The notes beneath the pieces were generated by a model. It ran no database searches. It had not been told where the DNA came from and was given only the letters and a program-made list of their open reading frames with translations. A program made the position numbers and the translations under genes. This document shows positions 55,463 to 64,000 of a stretch of 64,000 nucleotides of DNA, in pieces. This DNA is from Chrysomallon squamiferum (lineage: Eukaryota > Animalia > Mollusca). The stretch covers positions 9,362,001 to 9,426,000 of the forward strand of contig CM022666.1 of NCBI GenBank assembly GCA_012295275.1. Reading direction: 5' to 3'. Numbering within the stretch: the stretch's first letter is position 1; every line of letters begins with the position of its first letter.

Positions 55463-58400
55463 TTGCTACTACTACTATATTGCTAATACTACTCATATGT
55501 TATTATCATCATCATAATCATTGTTGTCGTCGTCGTTGTTGTTGCAGAGGTGGCCGAGGAGAACTGTCCTCTGTATCCGGACTTGAAGTTCCAGCACCCT
55601 GACAGCTGTGCCATGTTTTACAACTGTCGACAGAAGAAGCCAATCAAAGGTTTACAGAAGTACGAAGACGAATGCCCCTTACCCCCTCCTCTTCCACCAC
55701 GAGGCTCAGGCCTGCTGGCCCAACCATACCGTCAAGTGCGGAAAACGACCCCTACCTAGTACTAAGTGTAAGTGTATTTTAGTGTTTGTGAATTGTGTAT
55801 TGTGTATGTACTTATCTGTCTATCTGTCTATGTTTCTATTTATCTATCTATCTGTCTATCTATCTATCTATCTATCTGTCTATCTATCTATCTATCTATC
55901 TATCTACTAATTTATCTATCTTTCTATCTACTTATCTGTCTATCTGTGTTTCTATTTATTTATCTATCTATCTATCTATCTATAAGCTAACTACAGGTAA
56001 AGTGGAACCTCGGGTTTCGAACTTAATTCGTTCCAGACCTCGATTCGTAAACCGAAGCCATGTCAGACACATGAACGCCACTCTCATGTTTTGCAATTAT
56101 TTATTTTTTAAGATCTACTGTGATAAGTTTATACTTTCCACCAGCATTATCACTTTCACTTTTTGTTTTCTTGGGTGCCATATTGGATAGGGTATAATAC
56201 AAAATGCACATAAAAGCAGCAACAATTTAAAAAATGCGAGTGCACAATCTCAATGCAAAAGCTGGTGAGCTGTTGCTGCAAATCGAAGACTAAAGACCCT
56301 AATTCCTGATATATATTTGCTATAGGGATGCCTATAATCCTTACTTTGACCTCGGTTTTGACGTTAACATCTAGTCTTATCTTTACTACATGTTGACGTC
56401 AAAACCGACGTCAAAAGAAAGCTTGTGGCGCGTTGCTCTAGTTCGTAACTCGGAACATTATTCGTAAACCGAGAAAAAAATTGCCCAAGATCACGGTTCG
56501 TAATCTGATTTGTTCGTGCTTCGAGGCGCTCGTAACCCGAGGTTCCACTCTATATATTAACTGACTGCAGGTGATTACAAACTGTATATATTAACTGACT
56601 GCAGGTGATTACAAACTGTATATATTAACTGACTGCAGGTGATTACAAACTGTATATATTAACTAATTGCAGGTGATTACAAACTGTATATATTAACTGA
56701 CTGCAGGTGATTACAAACTGTATATATTAACTGACTGCAGGTGATTACAAACTGTATATATTAACTGACTGCAGGTGATTACAAACTGTATATATTAACT
56801 AATTGCAGGTGATTACAAACTGTATATATTAACTAATTGCAGGTGATTACAAACTGTATATATTAACTAATTGCAGGTGATTACAAACTGTATATATTAA
56901 CTGATTGCAGGTGATTACAAACTGTATATATTAACTGATTGCAGGTGATTACAAACTGTATATATTAACTGACTGCAGGTGATTACAAACTGTATATATT
57001 AACTAATTGCAGGTGATTACAAACTGTATATATTAACTAACTACAGGTGATTACAAACTGTATATATTAACTAATTGCAGGTGATTACAAACTGTATATA
57101 TTAACTAACTGCAGGTGATTACAAACTGTATATATTAACTAACTACAGGTGATTACAAACTGTATATATTAACTAATTGCAGGTGATTACAAACTGTATA
57201 TATTAACTAATTGCAGGTGATTACAAACTGGCGTGCAAGGTTGATGAGTGTACGGGTAAAGCGACGGGTCAGTACGCGGTGCCTGGACGCGAGTTTTCAA
57301 AAGAGTTTATCAGATGTGCAGATGGTAAGATCGTGGAAACTGGTGTCTGTCGTGCCAACGACGAGGTGTTCGATCCTGTGAAGGGGAACTGTACAAACAA
57401 ATTTGAAGGTAGATTTCTACAGATGTGATAGAAACATTGTCTAGTCAAACTGTCATTTGTGATTATGTCTGTTAATAACAGAATCATTTCGCAGTGTTTC
57501 ATAATGGCATATACATAAATAAAATTACAGTATGATATGTAATAAATAGCAATAAATTACATAATAAGTAAATGAAATAATGAATGAACGAATGATTGAT
57601 GAAAGAAAGAAAAAAGCTAAATATATAATGAAGGATTAACTAGAGAAACAGACAGACAAACACACAGATAGTTAATTAAATAAATAAATGAAATAATAAA
57701 TACATTATGTAACCAATAAAATAAATAAAGAACTCGAACTGAAAAAGTAAAAAGAGATGAATCGAGAGTGTGTTGTTTAAAACGTAGACACTGATGTAAA
57801 ATGTCTGTTTCAGATTCGATCAGCTCGTACTGTAAAAATACCCCAACAGCGGTGTTTGAGGATCACACGAAATGTTCGCTGTACATCGACTGCAGCAAGT
57901 CAACTCACCACTCGGGACTGAAACCCTTCCAGACTGAGTGTAAATACCCCACCCTCTTTGACCCACAGGAAAAAAAGTGCAAACCCTATGACCAGGTGAT
58001 GTGTGATAGCCGACCTGAACCAAGACAACCTTGTAAGTTTTCTGTCTCTATGTCTGTCTGTATGTCTGTCTGTCTGTCTGTCTGTGTAGACGTCCGTCTT
58101 CTCGTCTGCCCGTCTATGCAGATGTGTGTAGATTTTTTCCATATGTCTGTGTAGTATGTTTCTGTCTGTGTGTTTCTATTCTTCTGTCTTACCACTCTGC
58201 CTCTCTGTGTTAAATCCATAATTTTAATACATTACAGTTAAATACACAGTTTTAGTACATTACAGTTAAATACACAATTTATTACGTTACAGTTAAATAC
58301 ACAATTTATTACGTTACAGTTAAATACAAAATGTTATTATATTAGTTATATACACAGTTTTATTACATTACCCTTAAATAGAGTTATATTACATTACAGT

Positions 58401-59288
58401 TAAATACACAGTTTTATTACATTAGTTAAATAGACAATTTATTACATTACAGTTAAATACACAATTTTATATACTGCAGGTGAATATTCAGTTGGTCACT
58501 GCTTTGACAGACCGGAATGTTTACCATGCGAAGCCAAGTGTGAACACAGTGCTAACGGACTTTTCCCTTACAAAGGCGACTCCAGCAAATTTATCACCTG
58601 CAAGGACGGACGGACTACAGAAGTAAAGTCTTGTCCGCTTGGCAAAAGTTTTGATGCAACAACAAAAGACTGTAAGTGTCTGTACGTCTGCTTTTGTGTA
58701 TATGTATCTGTTTATGTTTTTGTATGTTTTTTTATATGTATTTATGTCTGGATTTGTTAAAGTTTATTTTTGTGCGTGCATTTTTGTTTGTGTGTGTTTA
58801 TTTATGTTTGTATATATGTTTTATATCTGCGCCAGTTTTTCTAAGTTTACTTGTGCTCGTGAATATTTGTACATGTTTTTAATGTTTGTTTATATTTGTC
58901 TTCGTTTGTTAATGTTTGTACATATTTGAGTATATATATTTTTGTGTATGTTTATTTATGCTGCATGGTCGTGTAATATATTACAGGTGAGAGAGCGTGC
59001 ACGTGCGGTGCTGAGATCAGGGCTCTTACGCTTGCTGTTTTGAACATCCAGAAATTTTTAGCCCCAAATGGACTTCGTAAGTAATAATCATGAAAATATA
59101 GAGAAGAAAAAACCACTCATTGGTTCGTTAAAACAAAATCACACACACAAACACACACACAAATACAAAATGATAATAATAATTAAAAACAACAACGAAA
59201 CCGAATCAAAACAAAAAACCCAAAACAAAGCAAAAAAACAAAACAAAACACATGGATACACACATATATACATATACACATACATACA

Positions 59289-59320
<32 letters not shown>

Positions 59321-62300
59321 CATATATACATACATACATACATACACACATACATATACATACATATACATGCATACATACTGCATACATACATTATAAA
59401 CATAGATACAAATATAGGCAGAAAGACAAACAAACAGAAAGACGAAAAGACAGACAAAATGACATTCAGATAGATACCCAGATAGAGACAGTCAGACATG
59501 TAGACATAAGTACTGTGAAACTGTATTTAATATTATAACTGTGTTAGCGTATGACAAGTCGTTAGACATTTTTCTTCAGGATACACAGACAGGCAGGCAG
59601 ACAGACAGACAGACAGACAGACTCAAGTAATGTATTTGATATTACAGCTGTGTTAGCGTGTGACAAACCGCTGGATATTATTCTGCGAGACACACAGCCT
59701 ACAACAGACACAGGAAGTGCTGTGATTTCGTGTCCGGAGAATTACAAGTTGTGTCCGTCCAAGTCCAGACTGAAGTGTTCTGCTGGACTGGTGTTTGGGG
59801 AGTGGGACGTCAACGAGCTGCAGACGTGTGTCAAAACAGTGCACGAGTCGTCCGCAGTAAGTGTCATTCAAATACGACTTTTGTGACGTCACTGCAGTAT
59901 AACGTCATTGCATATCTTAGTCGACTTTAACGCAGTATTTGTTACGTCAGTTCAGTATAACGTCACTGCGTATCTTAGTCGACTTTATCGCAGTATTTGT
60001 AACGTCATTGCGTATCTTAGTCGACTTTAACGCAGTATTTGTAAGGTAAATTAGTACTGTGGTAGACATGTATTTGTAATGTCGTTCAGTATTATAATAG
60101 AAACAATCGCTGCATTTGTAACGTCATTTGATACTATGATAGGCACAAGTCGTTTAGTGTTAGACAGCCGTTGTGTTTGTAACGTTCTCTGGTAGAGGAA
60201 ACCATCTTTTTTTGTAATGACATTCATTTCTGCAAAAGACGGGAATGTTTTTGTTGTAACGTTATTTGTAGAGAGGACCAATGTTTTTGTAACGTCATTT
60301 GATATTATGATAGACACACATGCTGTATTTTTAGCATCTTTGAGGAATATGTTATTAATGATTGTTTTGTTAATTTCAGGATTCCGGATTGAAAAGTCCT
60401 ATAGAAATCCCATGTGTTGAAAGGTTTACCGAGTATTTTATTATACAGGGAATAATGAAAGATGAGTAAGTAATTTTGTTTTACAGCAATATTATTAACA
60501 AAATAAATCAGATTTCTGTAATAATAATAATAATAATAATAATACCCACAACAACAACAGTACTACAATTAGTAGTAATAATAATAACAATAAGAAGAAT
60601 TAACAGAAGCAGTAGTAATGGTTGTAGCAGTAACATTAGTAACAGTGTTATGGTAGTAGTAATAGCATCAGCAGTAATATTAGTAACAGTTGTATAAATG
60701 ACAACAGTTCTATAGTAGCGGTAATAGTAGTAATAACAATATTAGTTGTAGCAGCAGTAATATAGTAGTAGTGTAGTAATAATAGCAGTAGTAGTAACAG
60801 ACGTGATAGTAATAATAATAGTAGTAACAGTAGTAGTAGCAGACGTGATAATAATAATAATAGTAGTAACAGACGTGGTAGTAATAATAATAGTAGTAAC
60901 AGACGTGATAGTAATAATAATAGTAGTAACAGTAGTAGTAGCAGACGTGATAGTAATAATAATAGTAGTAACAGACGTGGTAGTAATAATAATAGTAGTA
61001 ACAGACGTGGTAGTAATAATAATAGTAGTAACATGTAGTAGTAGCAGACGTGATAGTAATAATAATAGTAGTAACAGACGTGATAGTAATAATAATAGTA
61101 GTAACAGTAGTAGTAGCAGACGTGATAGTAATAATAATAGTAGTAACAGACGTGGTAGTAATAATAATAGTAGTAACAGTAGTAGTAGCAGACGTGATAG
61201 TAATAATAATAGTAGTAACAGTAGTAGTAGCAGACGTGATAGTAATAATAATAGTAGTAACAGACGTGGTAGTAATAATAATAGTAGTAACAGTAGTAGT
61301 AACAGACGTGGTAGTAATAATAATAGTAGTAACAGTAGTAGTAGCAGACGTGATAGTAATAATAATAGTAGTAACAGTAGTAGTAGCAGACGTTGATAGT
61401 AATAATAATAGTAGTAACAGACGTGGTAGTAATAATAATAGTAGTAACAGTAGTAGTAACAGACGTGGTAGTAATAATAATAGTTAACAAGAGTAGTAGC
61501 AGACGTGATAGTAATAATAATAGTTTCTTAGTAAAGTAGTAGCAGACGTTAGTAATAATAATAGTAGTAACAGACGTTAGTAATAATAATAGTAGTAACA
61601 GTAGTAGTAACAGACGTGGTAGTAATAATAATAGTAAACAGTAGTAGTAGCAGACGTGATAGTAATAATAATAGTATAACAGTAGTCCAGACGTGGTAGT
61701 AATAATAATAGTAGTAACAGTAGTAGTAGCAACAAAGGATAATAATAGTAGTAACAGTAGTAGTAACAGACGTGAATGTACATAGTAAACAGAAACAGAC
61801 GTGAATGGATAATAGTAAAAACAGTAGTAGCAGACGTTATAGTAATAATAATAGTAGTAACAGACGTGGTAGTAATAATAATAGTAGTAACAGTTTAACA
61901 GACGTGGTAAATAATAATAGTAGTAACAGTAGTAGTAGCAGACGTGATAGTAATAATAATAGTAGTAACAGACGTGGTAGTAATAATAATAGTAGTAACA
62001 GACGTGGTAGTAATAATAATAGTAGTAACAGACGTGATAGTAATAATAATAGTAGTAACAGTAATAGTTGCAGACGTGATAGTAATAATAATTGATAGTA
62101 TAGGAGGAGAAGGAGGAGAGCAGGAGAATAGAATGGAGAACAGCACGTTAATTCACTGATACAATATTAGTATTTAAAGGAAGAGATCTTGCACTCGGTG
62201 TTTTCTTACTCATTTTTATTCTGCTTTATTATCAGGCCGCTGATATTGACTATCAAAGACGCTCAGGAATCTGTCCTCTTCAGTATGGAGTACCGCAACA

Positions 62301-62728
62301 AAGGAACTTCAAGTGAAATGTACATAACGAAACTGAATGGACAGAGAGAAAAACAGTTCTCATCAAGACAGATTCCACGAAACGAGCAGTTTGAACTCAA
62401 ATTTGGTTTTCAGAGAGTTGGATTTACCGTAAGTGTATTTCTCTTTACTGTTCATAGAACATGTTTCTGTCCAATCATTAATCCAATCTATAAATGCATA
62501 AACACAGACACACAGACATACACACACACACACACACACACACACGCACGCACGCACACAAGGTATCGTCGTCCGCCTAATGAGAGAGAGCGGGTGTGAC
62601 GTACTTTCCAGTCTCGTCATCGGCCTCTACGTGCAGAGTCTGATCATTCGTACAAAGACAGACCAGACTCATACCTAAAATACATACATAAGAAAAACAT
62701 AGACACACACATACATACATACATACAT

Positions 62729-62800
<72 letters not shown>

Positions 62801-63744
62801 GTATATATATATACACATACATACACACAAACACACACACACATCCCACTTCATACACACATTCATATACATGTGTACATGACCATACGGACATACAGAT
62901 TTATTCATGTATAATATGTCACGTGGCTGGAAATCACATCTACGACTTTTGTCTCGGAATTTTGCTGCGAATTGCTGTTTTTAATATAGAACAAATAAAA
63001 TAGGTGAAATGAAAAATAGATTCCTTTTCTCTCTTTTTTACGTTTTGTCTTTTCATGTCACATTATCAGCTAAGACTCTTTATTTATTTATTTATTTATT
63101 TATATGTTTTCCTTTTTGGATGTGGAAATTCAAGGGAGGTAAGTATGAAGCGGTCTTGGAGAAACACGTCATATTTTTGTATTTAAATGTTTTGAAAACA
63201 GTGGTTATATATAAATTTCATCGACATGTAACTTTACTGTCAGTTACTTAGTTTCTCGGTCATTCTGTAGTCGAAATTAGATTGAATAAAAAAACAAAAA
63301 AAAACAACAAAAAAACTGACCCGAAAAGAATTTAAAAATCAATTAATAATAATAATAATAACAATAATAATAATAATAATAATAATAAAGAATAAAACTA
63401 AACAAAAATATATGAATAATAAATAAATAAATAAATAAACAAAAAGGAAAACACCTAGGAAAAAGTGAATATAAAAGTAAAACAATATTGTGTCGCTACT
63501 TGCCTCCCTTGATTTAAAATAACGCCTGGTGACACCAACGACTGGTAACAGTTTATAAGACTTTTTAACTTGTTTCTTCTAGCGTAAACAAACAAACCAT
63601 AGCAAATTCCGAGATAAATTTCATATTTGTATTTACAAACATTGTTTTGAAGATTAACGTTTAATGTGCTTTGGTAATATTATCTAGCTGTTTCTGTTTA
63701 TTGATATTATTAATTAATTAATTAATTAATTTATTTATTATTAT

Positions 63745-63800
<56 letters not shown>

Positions 63801-64000
63801 TTACTATTATTATTACTATTATTTTATTATTATTATTGTTGTTGTTGTTATTGTTATTATTACTCTTATTACTGTTGTTATTGTTATTTCAGATAAGATA
63901 TAAAACTACAGATATCTGTTTCGATGCTGCTGGTGATCTGTACAAACGCATTCTAGATTCCAAGTTTGTCTTTTGGAACCATCCTAAATGGACAGTTAAG
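52957..64000 (+). CDS. Secreted multi-domain chitin-binding type-2 (peritrophin-A/CBM14-like) protein with sushi-like and galectin-like C-terminal modules; 3'-incomplete; one apparent frameshift
   Basis: Exons 52957-53245, 55548-55767, 57217-57408, 57814-58032, 58480-58671, 58987-59076, 59648-59856, 60380-60465, 62236-62428 and 63893->64000, all GT-AG with compatible phases if one extra T at ~55679 is removed. N-terminal hydrophobic stretch. Cys patterns DCSGFIQC...[10 protein letters not shown]...[13 protein letters not shown]...[17 protein letters not shown]...ECKYPTLFD and SKFITC...SCPLGKSFD are typical of ChtBD2 repeats in molluscan matrix proteins. Confidence 0.85.
53488..53574. repeat. 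(CT)n microsatellite
   Basis: Direct sequence inspection. Confidence 0.95.
53928..54684. repeat. ~357-bp tandem duplication bounded by (GA)n tracts, intron 1 of the chitin-binding gene
   Basis: aacgtgctcgagaaag...cagtcaatattga and acagtttaacagaaagac... blocks occur twice (starting ~53979 and ~54336), apparently identical outside the GA runs. Confidence 0.9.
56000..56550. mobile_element. pogo/Tigger-like (Tc1/mariner superfamily) MITE in intron 2 of the chitin-binding gene
   Basis: TIR agtggaacctcgggtt (56001-16) and aacccgaggttccact (56534-49). TA duplication at 55998-9 and 56551-2. CpG-rich interior with no ORF. Confidence 0.85.
56551..57230 (+). repeat. 34-bp minisatellite, 20 copies, whose last copy is the real acceptor plus the first 14 nt of exon 3
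   Basis: Unit tatatattaactgactgcag|gtgattacaaactg; 680 bp = 20 x 34. The functional AG is at 57215-6. Confidence 0.97.
58222..58479 (+). repeat. ~25-bp degenerate tandem repeat ending at the exon 5 acceptor
   Basis: Repeated tattacattacagttaaatacacaattt. Confidence 0.85.
59884..60045. repeat. Short tandem repeat, 3 copies
   Basis: taacgtcattgcgtatcttagtcgactttaacgcagtatttg repeated. Confidence 0.8.
60790..62090. repeat. 30/42-bp satellite built on (AGT)/(AAT) triplets, intron 8 of the chitin-binding gene
   Basis: Unit agacgtg(a/g)tagtaataataatagtagtaac(agtagtagtagc), with a degraded middle (~61480-61850). Confidence 0.95.

Noticed and set aside
56551-57230. CRISPR-like array of 34-bp repeats
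   Set aside because: No unique spacers and no cas genes; it is a head-to-tail minisatellite inside a eukaryotic intron.
60648-62159. Long Ser/Asn-, Val/Ile- or Tyr-rich ORFs
   Set aside because: Translations of a triplet-based satellite within intron 8 of the chitin-binding gene.

Overview
Very AT-rich, microsatellite-laden eukaryotic genomic DNA with spliceosomal introns. It is probably a lophotrochozoan and most likely a mollusc (inference from gene content). Most ORFs in the supplied track are simple-repeat artefacts. Four + strand genes are supported. (1) A single-coding-exon secreted neuropeptide precursor with two FNPTGW peptides (278-775). (2) An intronless 123-aa HEAT-repeat protein (10451-10822). 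(3) A complete 45-coding-exon VWA8 AAA+/VWA ATPase gene (12058-39777) with one GC-AG intron. (4) A 3'-truncated secreted mosaic gene (52957 to >64000) with chitin-binding type-2 (peritrophin-A-like) repeats, a sushi/CCP-like module and a degenerate galectin-like domain, carrying one apparent +1 frameshift. There are also three non-autonomous TIR elements, a 4.3-kb satellite and many minisatellites. The most unusual pattern is that many intronic tandem repeats are amplified copies of the adjacent real splice junction: 12 donors in VWA8 intron 9, 20 acceptors before exon 3 of the chitin-binding gene, and several degenerate cases. Some of these form tandem GT...AG units with zero-length exons. 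All gene models were built by eye without transcript data.
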